Of a DNA stretch of 64,000 nt, positions 35,928 through 45,434 are shown in pieces. How positions within the stretch are numbered: position 1 is the stretch's first letter; the number at the start of each line of letters is the position of its first letter. The stretch comes from an uncultured Anaerolineaceae bacterium (GTDB lineage Bacteria > Chloroflexota > Anaerolineae > Anaerolineales > UBA4823). Under the pieces are notes generated by a model. The model was not told the origin of the DNA. It ran no database searches and saw only the letters and a program-made list of their open reading frames with translations. A program made the translations under genes and the position numbers. The DNA is taken from positions 28,452-92,451 of the forward strand of contig CAYXDC010000002.1 in assembly GCA_964463505.1 (NCBI GenBank). The letters run 5' to 3'.

Positions 35928-36392
35928 ATGAGCCATAGGAGTGATTGGACGGACCCGGTCTGGCATACCCTAGCCGAATTTTCTTTACCCAGTGTGCCTG
36001 GAAATGAAAAAACCGCTATGGCGGAGGTCGCCAACTTGATTCAGCCATTAAACCTGCCAGAAACCTTGCTGGAGCGGGTGAAAACGGCTGTAGCGGAATC
36101 CACCATGAATGCCATGGAACATGGCAATCATTATCAGGCTGATCTACCGGTACAGATCAGTGTTTACTACACAGCCGAGAAACTGCGCGTACGGATCATC
36201 GATCAGGGGCCGGGGCCTGATTATGAATCCCCTGAGCTACCCGATCTGGAGGCCAAGCTGGAAGGTTTACAGTCCCCACGCGGCTGGGGATTATTCCTTA
36301 TTCAGCATATGGTGGATGAATTACAGGTTTCCGGTGCAGCGGGCATTAACCAGTTGGATTTGATCTTCAACCTGGGAGAAAAGCGCCATTAA
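35928..36392 (+). CDS. Anti-sigma factor/RsbW-like ATP-binding protein (HATPase_c_2)
   Basis: 'KTAVAESTMNAMEHGN' N-box, 'IIDQGPG' G1, 'RGWGLFLIQHMVDEL' G2. Start uncertain. Confidence 0.85.
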   Translation: MSHRSDWTDPVWHTLAEFSLPSVPGNEKTAMAEVANLIQPLNLPETLLERVKTAVAESTMNAMEHGNHYQADLPVQISVYYTAEKLRVRIIDQGPGPDYESPELPDLEAKLEGLQSPRGWGLFLIQHMVDELQVSGAAGINQLDLIFNLGEKRH

Positions 36393-36464
36393 ATGAGGAC
36401 TAAAGTACCAGGCTGGTCATTGAATTAATCGGTATTTGTTGATCAGATTTTTAAGGAGAACTCC

Positions 36465-36821
36465 ATGATTGAACCGAAAGTAACCCTATCTGTAAGCACT
36501 CCTAACAACCTGACGCGCGTGATCCATATTAAGGGTGAGATCAACGCACAGGCCGAGGCCCCCTTGATGGAGGCTTATAGCCAGGCTTCTGCACCCAGAG
36601 TGCAAGCCATCATCCTCGACTTCAGCGATCTGGAGTATATGAACAGCTCGGGGATTGGGCTGTTAGTGACTTTGCTAATCCGTGCCAATCGCCAGCGCCA
36701 GCGCCTGATGGCGTGCGGTTTGAGCGAGCACTATAAGCAGATTTTTGACCTGACGCGACTCAACGAAGCGATTGCGATTTTTGATGATGAAGCGGCAGCA
36801 GTAGCTGCAGGTAGTTTATAA
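36465..36821 (+). CDS. STAS-domain anti-sigma factor antagonist (RsbV/SpoIIAA-like)
   Basis: 'IILDFSDLEYMNSSGIGLLV' with the phosphorylatable Ser; 'IFDLTRL'. Confidence 0.93.
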   Translation: MIEPKVTLSVSTPNNLTRVIHIKGEINAQAEAPLMEAYSQASAPRVQAIILDFSDLEYMNSSGIGLLVTLLIRANRQRQRLMACGLSEHYKQIFDLTRLNEAIAIFDDEAAAVAAGSL

Positions 36822-36900
36822 ATCATCCAACAAACTGGTTCACCGAGCAGGTAGCTAGCATTGATGCGCGCCTGATGAAGAGTATACTGCTTCACAACTG

Positions 36901-38376
36901 ATGCCTGATTTTCAATCTTTACGCAGCTCCTATGATGCTATTGTAGTCGGCGCCGGTCCGAATGGACTGGCAGCTGGCATCATATTGGCGCGGGCGGGGT
37001 TTAGTGTGCTGGTTGTAGAGGGCAGCTCGGTCGCCGGGGGAGGGGCACGCTCTGCTGAGTTAACCCTGCCTGGCTTCATTCATGATCCCTGTGCGGCGGT
37101 GCATCCTTTCGGGAAGGCTTCGCCGCTTTTTCGTTCTTTACCCCTGACTGAGCACGGGCTGAAGTGGATTGAACCAGACGCCCCCCTTGCTCACCCGTTG
37201 GACGGCGGGCTGGTGGTGCTGGTGGAGCGTAATTTCGAGGCCATGGTGGAGGGCCTGGGGGCTGATGGTCCGGCGTATCGCCGCGCAATTAGTTTCTGGG
37301 TTGAACACTGGGAAGAGCTGTTTGCCGATTTGGTCGGCCCACTGCCTCTACCCCCGCGCCATCCATTTTCCATACTGCGCGTGGCGCCGCAGTCTCTCTT
37401 GCCTGCTGAGCCGCTGGCGCGGATGTTGTTTCGTACTCCGGGAGCGCAGGCTTTGTTCGCCGGAATGGCCGGGCATTCCATGGTCCCCCTGGACCGTCCT
37501 CTGACCGGAGCGTTTGGCCTGATGCTCAGTATGTTGTCGCATGTGGTAGGCTGGCCGATTGTCCAGGGCGGCACGCAAGCTTTGGCAAACGCTCTGGTTT
37601 CTTACTATCAATCTTTGGGGGGTGAGCTGGTCACTGGTACCTGGGTGAATTCTCTGTCTGAGCTACCCGAGACGCGCGTGGTCCTGTTTGATACTCCACC
37701 GCGCAGTGTGTTGCGCATTGCCGGTGATTGGCTGCCAGACGGGTATCGCCGCCAACTGAATCGCTTCCGTTACGGTCAAGGGGTCTTCAAGGTGGATTAC
37801 GCCTTGGATGGCCCAATCCCTTGGGAAAATTCAGAGTGCCTGAGAACTGCAACCTTCCATTTGGGCGGTACTTTGCAGGAAATTGCCGTGGCCGAGAAGG
37901 CTGTCTGGCGCGGACAGCATCCTGAGCGCCCCTTTGTGCTGCTTTCACAGCCCACGGTTTGGGACCCCAGCCGGGCGCCACAGGACAAACATACCGTCTG
38001 GGCGTACAGCCATGTACCGGCTGGCTCTACCGTAGATATGAGTGGACCTATCGAAGCACAGATCGAACGCTTTGCCCCTGGCTTTGGCCAGCGCATTTTG
38101 GCCCGCCACACGCGTAATGCTGCCCAGATGGAAGCATACAATCCTAATTACGTCCAGGGGGATATCAATAGTGGTGTGCAGGATCTGTGGCAGTTCTTTA
38201 CCCGTCCCACCTTCAGCCTTACACCTTATCGCATGGCGCGTAAAGGATTATATTTCTGTGGCTCATCCACCCCGCCCGGGGGAGGCGTGCATGGGCTGTG
38301 CGGCTATTTCGCGGCTCAGACGGTGCTGAAGGATTTCGAGCGCTTGCCGAAAACACTGACAAAATGGCCCGCTTGA
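36901..38376 (+). CDS. Phytoene desaturase-family NAD(P)/FAD-dependent oxidoreductase
   Basis: VVGAGPNGLAA, GGGARSAELTLPGFIHDPCAAVHP, C-terminal 'CGSSTPPGGGVHGLCGYFAA'. Confidence 0.88.
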   Translation: MPDFQSLRSSYDAIVVGAGPNGLAAGIILARAGFSVLVVEGSSVAGGGARSAELTLPGFIHDPCAAVHPFGKASPLFRSLPLTEHGLKWIEPDAPLAHPLDGGLVVLVERNFEAMVEGLGADGPAYRRAISFWVEHWEELFADLVGPLPLPPRHPFSILRVAPQSLLPAEPLARMLFRTPGAQALFAGMAGHSMVPLDRPLTGAFGLMLSMLSHVVGWPIVQGGTQALANALVSYYQSLGGELVTGTWVNSLSELPETRVVLFDTPPRSVLRIAGDWLPDGYRRQLNRFRYGQGVFKVDYALDGPIPWENSECLRTATFHLGGTLQEIAVAEKAVWRGQHPERPFVLLSQPTVWDPSRAPQDKHTVWAYSHVPAGSTVDMSGPIEAQIERFAPGFGQRILARHTRNAAQMEAYNPNYVQGDINSGVQDLWQFFTRPTFSLTPYRMARKGLYFCGSSTPPGGGVHGLCGYFAAQTVLKDFERLPKTLTKWPA

Positions 38377-38486
38377 TTTTCGTAGATCACTGCGCCGTGT
38401 AGGAATTACGGGCGTGGGTGGCCATTGGATGGGGGACGGAAGAGTGACAAATATCACCTCGTGGTTTCGCCAGAGAGTGGTAAACT

Positions 38487-38508
38487 TGATTAGATCATTA
38501 TCTAATCA
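38487..38508 (+). promoter_or_regulatory. Operator-like palindrome TGATTAGAT-N4-ATCTAATCA upstream of the MFS gene
   Basis: 9-bp perfect inverted repeat lying between a TGnTAAACT extended -10 (38478-38486) and the GGAG SD of the MFS gene. Confidence 0.5.
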
Positions 38509-38517
38509 GGAGTCTCT

Positions 38518-39807
38518 GTGCCACACACCTTGACTGGATTCTCCCAGTATATCGAAAAGACCCGTCAGTTTTCTTTCAATGCCCGGCAGGTAATGCTGCA
38601 TTCAGCTTTCATCGGCCTGGCATTTGGTGTATTTCGTTTTCTATTTAACTTCTATGTTTTAAGCCTGGGATACGACGAGGCATTTATTGGCACGTTGCAA
38701 ACCGCCAGCTCGTTTGCCAATATCTTGATGGCTCTGCCGGCCGCTTATCTGGCGGAGCGTTTCTCCCAGAAGAAGATCATGCTTTCCAGCGCTATCATCG
38801 GCTCTACTGCACTGGCAGGGTTGGTGCTGCTGCCCTTTGCCCCTGCACTGGTGATTTTTCAGATGATTGTCGGGCTTTCCATGAGTGTGCGCCAGGTGGC
38901 CATTGCGCCATTCTTAATGTCCAATACCTCTCCCGAAGAGCGCCAGTGGGTCTTTAGTTTTAACTTTGGTTTGATGACCATTTCAAGTTTCTTTGGAAAT
39001 CTGTTGGGTGGCTGGCTGCCCTCTATTCTGGGCACTTATTTCGGCGTTGAGCCAACCCATACCTTGGCTTACCAGTCGGCGATCGGCAGTATGATCTTTG
39101 TAATGCTGCTCTCGACTTTACCGGTCCTGGGGATACGCGCGCCTCGCCTGGAGAGCGGCAGGAAAATTGCTTTACCGTGGGTGCAGCTTTGGGAGCATGG
39201 ACGCCAAATGAGCCGCTTGCTGGCGCCGCAACTGGTGATTGGCCTGGGGGCAGGCTTGATCATGCCCTTCATGAATATTTATTTCCGCAAAGTGTATGGG
39301 ATGGCAGACGGCCCGATTTCGTTTATGTTTGCCATCGGCGGGCTATCGATGGCTGTAGCTCAATTCCTGGGACCTCCCCTGGCAGATCGGATGGGTAAGA
39401 TTGGGGCAGTTATCTTCACCCAGGCTCTGTCCATACCATTTTTACTGACCATGGGTCTGGGCGTACTGGCGGTGGTTAATCAGTCTGGCTCAGCTTCCGT
39501 CTGGTTTGTTGTGGCAGGGGTTGCTTATATCTTTCGCCTGGCGCTGATGAATCTAAGCAATCCAATTTATCAGACATTCTTGTTGGAGCAGGTGCCGATC
39601 AGCACTCAGGCGCTCACCATGAGCCTGTCCGCGCTGTCTTTTGAATTTGGGTGGTTCGTCATGCCCCAAATCAGCGGATGGCTACAGGTGCAGTATGGCG
39701 AGCAGGGTTTTGTGGTGATCTTTTTTGCTGTATCGGCCCTGTACATGGCCGCCATTGCGATGGAGTGGTTGTTCTTGCGCCATCCTAAACCAGTACTGGT
39801 TCCCTGA
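38518..39807 (+). CDS. Major facilitator superfamily transporter
   Basis: 12 hydrophobic segments; motif A-like 'AAYLAERFSQKK' and 'GPPLADRMGKI'. Confidence 0.9.
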   Translation: MPHTLTGFSQYIEKTRQFSFNARQVMLHSAFIGLAFGVFRFLFNFYVLSLGYDEAFIGTLQTASSFANILMALPAAYLAERFSQKKIMLSSAIIGSTALAGLVLLPFAPALVIFQMIVGLSMSVRQVAIAPFLMSNTSPEERQWVFSFNFGLMTISSFFGNLLGGWLPSILGTYFGVEPTHTLAYQSAIGSMIFVMLLSTLPVLGIRAPRLESGRKIALPWVQLWEHGRQMSRLLAPQLVIGLGAGLIMPFMNIYFRKVYGMADGPISFMFAIGGLSMAVAQFLGPPLADRMGKIGAVIFTQALSIPFLLTMGLGVLAVVNQSGSASVWFVVAGVAYIFRLALMNLSNPIYQTFLLEQVPISTQALTMSLSALSFEFGWFVMPQISGWLQVQYGEQGFVVIFFAVSALYMAAIAMEWLFLRHPKPVLVP

Positions 39808-39842
39808 TCATTTCCTCTGAAGTGCGCAACTACAAAAGAGTA

Positions 39843-40982
39843 TTATTCAGTTTGTTCTTCCGGCGAGGCCTGGTCGAGCATGGTAGTATTCTCCCATGGA
39901 TTTTGTCCGAGAATGCGCCGGAAGATATAGTTACCCAGGATTTCCAGACTGCTGATGATCGGGATGATAATCAGGGCAACCACAACTCCCGCAAGGGCTA
40001 ACGCGCCGACGATGGCCACAAATACGATTGCTGGATGTAATCGCATACTATGACCGAAGATAAGCGGTCTGATCCAGACGCTCTCGACCCCTTGGATGAA
40101 GGCAAAGATCGCCACGACTAAAAGCATAAACCAAAAATTTGAGATTGCCAAATAAGTAGAGCCGGTAAAGAAAGCTACGCCCGCACCCACCACCATAGCT
40201 ACCACCGCGCCTACATTTGGGACAACATCCAACGCGCCTGTCAGAAATCCGATCAGCAGAGCATCCGGCAAGCCAACCGCGGCTGCCAGCAACCAGGTAC
40301 TGACTCCGACGATTAACATCAAAAGAAGTTGGCCGCGCAAGTAGGCCTGCCAGACGGCCTGGATATCGCCGAACAGCCTTTGAGCATCTTCTTGATAAGG
40401 CTCTGGCACCAACCGGAAGAGCCAAGCCACCAGTTTCTCCCAGTCCAGAAGAAAATAATAAGTCACTACAATAATCAAAAGAATCCAGGTGAAGTTCGTA
40501 GTTGCGGTTTCCAGGATACCGAGTAATTGCGCCGGGTTAAAAACCCCCGAAAGTAGCTGCGGCAAGTCCAGGGGTAATCCACTTGGGGTAAGCGGAAGCG
40601 CATCCAGGTTGCGTTGCTCGAGAAATCGCTCCAGGGTGCCTTGCAACCCTACAAGATCATCACTGATGCCGCTGATTTGAGCAATAATGGTTGGCGTGAG
40701 CATCGCTGGGATAGCAGCCAGCGCAAGCCAGAATACAACATAAACCATGGGGACAGCCAGAGCCCGTCTTTTCAGGCGTGTATGCCGCATGACCAGCGTG
40801 ACGGCCGGGTTCAGTACATAGGCGACGAGAGCCGCGATCACCAGCGGGCCAATAATGGTGCGCGCATAGTAAATAAATGCTGCCAGGAGCAGTATCACGA
40901 TGCTGAAGATCAGGTAACGCGTAGGAATGCTCCAGGGCGTTCCGGGCACGGGCTGATCAGTTTGGTGGTGATGGTGTTCCAT
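39843..40982 (-). CDS. AI-2E family (PerM/YdiK) transporter
   Basis: 'ALVAYVLNPAV', 'YYFLLDW', 'AYLRGQLLL', 'LDVVPNVG', 'IRPLIFGHSMRLHPAIV'. Likely ATG at 40982 after GAGGA. Confidence 0.9.
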   Translation of the reverse strand: MEHHHHQTDQPVPGTPWSIPTRYLIFSIVILLLAAFIYYARTIIGPLVIAALVAYVLNPAVTLVMRHTRLKRRALAVPMVYVVFWLALAAIPAMLTPTIIAQISGISDDLVGLQGTLERFLEQRNLDALPLTPSGLPLDLPQLLSGVFNPAQLLGILETATTNFTWILLIIVVTYYFLLDWEKLVAWLFRLVPEPYQEDAQRLFGDIQAVWQAYLRGQLLLMLIVGVSTWLLAAAVGLPDALLIGFLTGALDVVPNVGAVVAMVVGAGVAFFTGSTYLAISNFWFMLLVVAIFAFIQGVESVWIRPLIFGHSMRLHPAIVFVAIVGALALAGVVVALIIIPIISSLEILGNYIFRRILGQNPWENTTMLDQASPEEQTE

Positions 40983-41177
40983 TGCAAGCAATCCTCATGT
41001 ACAATAAAGCTAATAATTTCCCAAATGAATAAGGTTCTCTACCAGAAAGCAGTATATCAGGGTGAATAGCATATTGAGAAACTGGCAGTTATTATATCTG
41101 GCTAAATGCCAGTTGCGTGCGCTGAGGAATCAGGCAATGCGAGTAGTTTGCACGATTGCCTGGGGAGGGGTTTGCCT

Positions 41178-42077
41178 GTGAAACGCGCCGTAAGCATCAG
41201 CCTGGGTAGCCCCACGCGCGATAAAAAAGTGGTCATTGATTTCAATGGGCAGCTTGTCGAGCTGCAGCGCATCGGTACAGGCGGTAATGAGCAGGTCGCC
41301 CGGCGCTTATTCACCGAGCTGGACGGAAAAGTCGATGCATTAAGCGTTGGCGGCATCGACCTGTATGTGCGCCTGGATGGTTGTGATTATCCCATCCGCC
41401 AGGCGCTTAAAATGGTTGAAGGCGTTCACCGCAGTCCGCTGGTTGATGGTCGAGTGCTGAAATATGTATTAGAGCAAAAGCTTTTTGAGCGCGCCGAGCC
41501 GATGCTGGGGGAAGTACCTCATTTTCAGCGCGCATTTATGCCCTCCTGTGTCGACCGGATTGGCCTGGTTCAGGCGGTTAGCAGCGTGACGGATGAGGTG
41601 ATCATCGGTGATTTGATGTTTTACCTGGGAATACCTGTCCCGGTGCGCGGGCTGGCGCAATATAAGCGTGTGGCGCGGGTTATTTTACCTCTGGCAGGTT
41701 ATTTCCCGATGCGCATGCTTTACCCACCCGGCGCCAAAGAAGAATCCCCACAACCCAAATATATTCAATATTGGCAGGCCGCCGATCTGATTGCCGGCGA
41801 TTTGCATTATATCCGCAAGTACGCTCCAGCAAAGTTGCACGGCAAGACGGTGGTGACCAACACCACAACCGACCAGAATATCACAATGCTGCGCCAGCGG
41901 GGTGTACGCCTGGTGATCACCTCCACGCCCCGTTACGATGGGCGATCTTTTGGGGTTAATGCCATGGAAGCGGCACTGACTGCGTATGCCGGTAAAGGCA
42001 GGGCGCTCAGTGAGACTGAGTTAGGTGCATTGATCGATGAGCTAGATTTGCGCCCAACGGTGATGCACTTGAACTGA
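41178..42077 (+). CDS. Uncharacterised protein of the family usually annotated 'quinate 5-dehydrogenase'
   Basis: 'MKRAVSISLGSPTRDK', 'RIGTGG', 'LDGKVDALSVGGIDLY', 'LYPPG', 'GDLHYI', 'GRSFGVNAMEA'. Confidence 0.65.
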   Translation: MKRAVSISLGSPTRDKKVVIDFNGQLVELQRIGTGGNEQVARRLFTELDGKVDALSVGGIDLYVRLDGCDYPIRQALKMVEGVHRSPLVDGRVLKYVLEQKLFERAEPMLGEVPHFQRAFMPSCVDRIGLVQAVSSVTDEVIIGDLMFYLGIPVPVRGLAQYKRVARVILPLAGYFPMRMLYPPGAKEESPQPKYIQYWQAADLIAGDLHYIRKYAPAKLHGKTVVTNTTTDQNITMLRQRGVRLVITSTPRYDGRSFGVNAMEAALTAYAGKGRALSETELGALIDELDLRPTVMHLN

Positions 42078-42168
42078 TACTTGAATTGCCTCTTCGAGTT
42101 TGCTATACTCATTTGGGGCAAAACAAAGCACATGGTTTATAGGCGTGGTTGCCACGATGGAGGGCAGC

Positions 42169-42612
42169 ATGGCAGACGAAAAATTTGACGAGAAAGAGCG
42201 CGAAAAGAGAGAGGAGAAAGCTCCCGAAGAGAAGTGGCAGAACGACCCCTTGGGCGCAGTGGTGGGTGCAGCGATCCTCATCTGGGCCGGTCTGGTGCTG
42301 CTGGCCAGCAACCTGGGTATCCTGGATAATCTGCGCAGTACGGTGAGAGATATCCCGGGTCTGGGTATGTTTGGCAGTGTCCGGACCTGGGGATTGATCC
42401 TGGTTGGAGCTGGCATAATTGTTTTGCTGGGCGTGCTGGCGCGTTTAGTATTACCAGCCTATCGTCGCCCGGTCGGCGGCAGCATTATCTTTGGGATTGT
42501 GCTGATCGCTCTTGGATTGGGAAACCTGGTCAGTTGGAATTTAATCTGGCCGCTAATTCTAATCGGGATTGGTTTTTCGATCCTCATAGGTGGTTTGTTG
42601 CGCAAGCGCTGA
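42169..42612 (+). CDS. Membrane protein (LiaF-like/DUF5668-type TM hypothetical)
   Basis: Charged N-terminus EKEREKREEK followed by about four TM helices with 'WPLILIGIG'. Confidence 0.65.
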   Translation: MADEKFDEKEREKREEKAPEEKWQNDPLGAVVGAAILIWAGLVLLASNLGILDNLRSTVRDIPGLGMFGSVRTWGLILVGAGIIVLLGVLARLVLPAYRRPVGGSIIFGIVLIALGLGNLVSWNLIWPLILIGIGFSILIGGLLRKR

Positions 42613-42618
42613 TTGGCC

Positions 42619-43782
42619 CTAGAGACGACCAAAATTTAGGCTGGAAAATTCCTGCCACGCATAACGCAAGGGTGTGGTCCATTTCTCGCGCCCGATACAG
42701 CGAAAATAGGGCGGCGTGGAAGCGCGGATCATATCTCCTATCCGGTAGCGCGGCAGGATGGGGGTCGAAACGACCAGACCACCCGTCTCTCCGGGCTGCA
42801 TTTCATGCAGCATCTTGATACCCGTAGCAGTCATTACCTCAAAGAAGAACAGGTCATAATTCGGTACCCAGGCGCGCTTTTCATCACGCTGCTGGCCGAA
42901 CATCCCCTCGGTTGTGCCATAGATCTCTCGAATGGCCGCCTCCTGTCCATACAAGGCATTCAACACCGGCTGGTAATACGTATTAATCCCTGGTACGCTT
43001 CCCAGGGTTAAAATCTGAGGTTTCCAGAGTTTGCGTGGGTAATAGCCATGTTTTTGTTTGAGGTAACGCCCAAAGCGAATGGCAGTTGGGCACACACCTC
43101 CCACCAGGGTGACATTCAGGTCTTTGCAGCGATTATAAGCCAGCTCGAAACGGCGCTCCCAATCCTGGATGGACTTACCTCCACCCAGGGCATCAATCTC
43201 TTCCTGGGCAGGCACAGACCGGATGGGGGTGGCTGTAGATACATAGCGCGTGTAGATACCGGAGCTATAGCCATACTCCAACAAGCGCTCACCCATCTGG
43301 ATAGTGCCTACGACAGAGGGGAAATTCAGGTTTAAGTTGACGCCTGCTAAAAGATCAAAGCGCCCGGTTGAGGCGACATATGCCAGCATGGCTCTCCCGG
43401 CGGATGCGCGCATGCGCATATCGGTGGGGGTCATCGGGATAAATTTTGACTCGCCCTGGGTAGTTCCGCGCGTGATTGCCCAGCCCAGGGGTTCTTCCCA
43501 GAGTAGTTTTCCGATATCTCCAGACATAACCGCCTGGATCAATGGGCGGAAATCAGCGTAATTTGCCACCGGAAAGGCACGCCGGTAATCAGACAGGCTT
43601 TCAATCAGCCCAGCGCCATGAGTTTGGCCATAACCCGTCTGAGCATATTGGAGCAAAAGCTGGTGAAGCACCCCTTCCTGGACGCTGGCCGGATTCTCCA
43701 GTGCTGCTTCCCAGGGTCGCAGCATTTGCTTTAGCTGTGCTTGCATTTCTTGCGGGTTGGGTGGAGTGGGGGGTGCTTGCAT
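42619..43782 (-). CDS. GH3 auxin-responsive/acyl-adenylate-forming family protein (short form)
   Basis: 'FPVANYADFRPLI', 'TRGTTQGESKFIP', 'EIYGTTEG', 'YDLFFFE', 'LPRYRIGD'. ATG 43782 after GGAGG. Confidence 0.82.
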   Translation of the reverse strand: MQAPPTPPNPQEMQAQLKQMLRPWEAALENPASVQEGVLHQLLLQYAQTGYGQTHGAGLIESLSDYRRAFPVANYADFRPLIQAVMSGDIGKLLWEEPLGWAITRGTTQGESKFIPMTPTDMRMRASAGRAMLAYVASTGRFDLLAGVNLNLNFPSVVGTIQMGERLLEYGYSSGIYTRYVSTATPIRSVPAQEEIDALGGGKSIQDWERRFELAYNRCKDLNVTLVGGVCPTAIRFGRYLKQKHGYYPRKLWKPQILTLGSVPGINTYYQPVLNALYGQEAAIREIYGTTEGMFGQQRDEKRAWVPNYDLFFFEVMTATGIKMLHEMQPGETGGLVVSTPILPRYRIGDMIRASTPPYFRCIGREKWTTPLRYAWQEFSSLNFGRL

Positions 43783-43953
43783 GTTTCCTCCTGCTGATGG
43801 GCGGTTGTATTGGTTTGATTCTAGTGGGAAGAGATCGAGTTGGCAAGACGAATAGACCCGCATTAAGAAAATAAGTGCGAAGCGGGATCATAGAGCCTTA
43901 CAAATGAAGTGGCGGTATAATCGGATTATCTACTAGAAAATGGGAAGGTCTCC

Positions 43954-44415
43954 ATGAACGAACACAAAGATAGTATTAGTGAACGGAAAATTCGCGTGGT
44001 AGTGGCCAAACCAGGTCTGGATGGACATGATCGGGGCGCTAAAGTAGTCGCCCGGGCTTTACGCGATGCCGGGATGGAAGTGATTTACACCGGTTTGCGC
44101 CAGACACCTGAAATGATTGTGGAGACAGCCCTGCAAGAAGATGCAGACGTCGTGGGCCTTTCGGTTCTTTCAGGAGCTCACATGGCGCTGGTGCCACGCA
44201 TATTGGAAATGCTGCGTGCCAATGGTCAGGAAAATGTTAAAGTTTTCGTAGGTGGAATTATTCCTGACGAGGATGTGCCGCGTTTGCTCGAAATGGGCGT
44301 GGTTGGCGTGTATGGTCCGGGAACTATTACGGAGGCCATCATTCTGGATGTTCGCAGGGCTGTATTGGGATACAGTGATGCAGACACCCAGCCGGCTCAG
44401 GGTGGACTGCGCTAG
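43954..44415 (+). CDS. Acyl-CoA mutase cobalamin-binding small subunit (MCM/ICM C-terminal domain)
   Basis: [12 protein letters not shown] (DxHxxG), [28 protein letters not shown]. Confidence 0.95.
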   Translation: MNEHKDSISERKIRVVVAKPGLDGHDRGAKVVARALRDAGMEVIYTGLRQTPEMIVETALQEDADVVGLSVLSGAHMALVPRILEMLRANGQENVKVFVGGIIPDEDVPRLLEMGVVGVYGPGTITEAIILDVRRAVLGYSDADTQPAQGGLR

Positions 44416-44417
44416 TT

Positions 44418-45434
44418 ATGTCTGTGGTTGAATCTGTACTGGCAGGCAACCGGCTGGCATTGGCCCGGCTGCTTACGCAGGTGGAAAACGGGCTGCCCGA
44501 AGGTTGGGCAGCTTTGAATGCTCTCTATCCGCATACCGGAAAAGCTCATCGTATTGGAGTGACTGGCGCGCCGGGCACCGGGAAGTCCAGCCTGGTCAAC
44601 CAGTTGGCGCGCTATTACCGCCAGGGTGGTAATTTTACTCCCCGCCGGGTGGCAATTGTTGCCGTTGACCCATCCAGCCCATTTACGGGTGGGGCCATTC
44701 TGGGTGATCGGGTGCGGATGCGCGACCTGGCTGGAGATCCGGGTGTATTCATCCGTTCGATGGCTACCAGAGGCACGCTGGGCGGGCTGGCAGCCGCTAC
44801 AGCCGGGATGGTTCAGGTGTTGGATGCTGCGGGTTTCGATCTGATCCTGGTGGAGACGGTTGGCGCGGGGCAAAGTGAAGTGGATATTGCACGCCTGGCG
44901 CATACCACATTGGTGGTTGAAGCGCCTGGTCTGGGCGATGAAATCCAGGCCATTAAGGCTGGTATTTTAGAGATCGCCGATATCCTGGTGATCAATAAGG
45001 CCGATCGTCCGGGCGTGGAGGCTACAGAACGCGCTTTGCGTAACAACCTTCAATTGGCGCAGACCGCTCCGCGTACTTTCCAGCACCACGGATATCAAGT
45101 AACGCTCTCAGATGTGCCTCAGGTAGACCCGGATGGCAGCATTTGGACTCCACCTGTATTAAAGGTTGTGGCTACCGAAGGCGATGGTATTGCGGAGTTA
45201 GTCGAGGCGATCGAGCAACATCGCAAATTTCTGGAGGTCTCTGGTGAGCGTCAGCGCCGAGAGCTGGCGCGCGTGCAGACTGAATTGGAAAATCTACTGC
45301 AGGCTACGCTTGTCGCACGCTGGCGGGCATCTTCCGATGCAGATGAGTACCGCCAAATCCTTGTCCAGATGGTAGCTCGCCGGGTTTCACCCTGGCAGGC
45401 GGTACAGCAATTGCTGGATGGTGGTGAAGCATGA
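44418..45434 (+). CDS. meaB: Acyl-CoA mutase-associated G3E GTPase metallochaperone (MeaB/ArgK)
   Basis: GVTGAPGTGKSS, AVDPSSPFTGGAILGDRVRM, FIRSMATRG, VETVGAGQSE, GDEIQAIKAG, NKAD. Confidence 0.95.
   Translation: MSVVESVLAGNRLALARLLTQVENGLPEGWAALNALYPHTGKAHRIGVTGAPGTGKSSLVNQLARYYRQGGNFTPRRVAIVAVDPSSPFTGGAILGDRVRMRDLAGDPGVFIRSMATRGTLGGLAAATAGMVQVLDAAGFDLILVETVGAGQSEVDIARLAHTTLVVEAPGLGDEIQAIKAGILEIADILVINKADRPGVEATERALRNNLQLAQTAPRTFQHHGYQVTLSDVPQVDPDGSIWTPPVLKVVATEGDGIAELVEAIEQHRKFLEVSGERQRRELARVQTELENLLQATLVARWRASSDADEYRQILVQMVARRVSPWQAVQQLLDGGEA

Noticed and set aside
41089-41115. AACTGGCA...TGCCAGTT inverted repeat upstream of the 41178 gene
   Set aside because: 8-bp arms with a long loop; no supporting promoter or regulator evidence.
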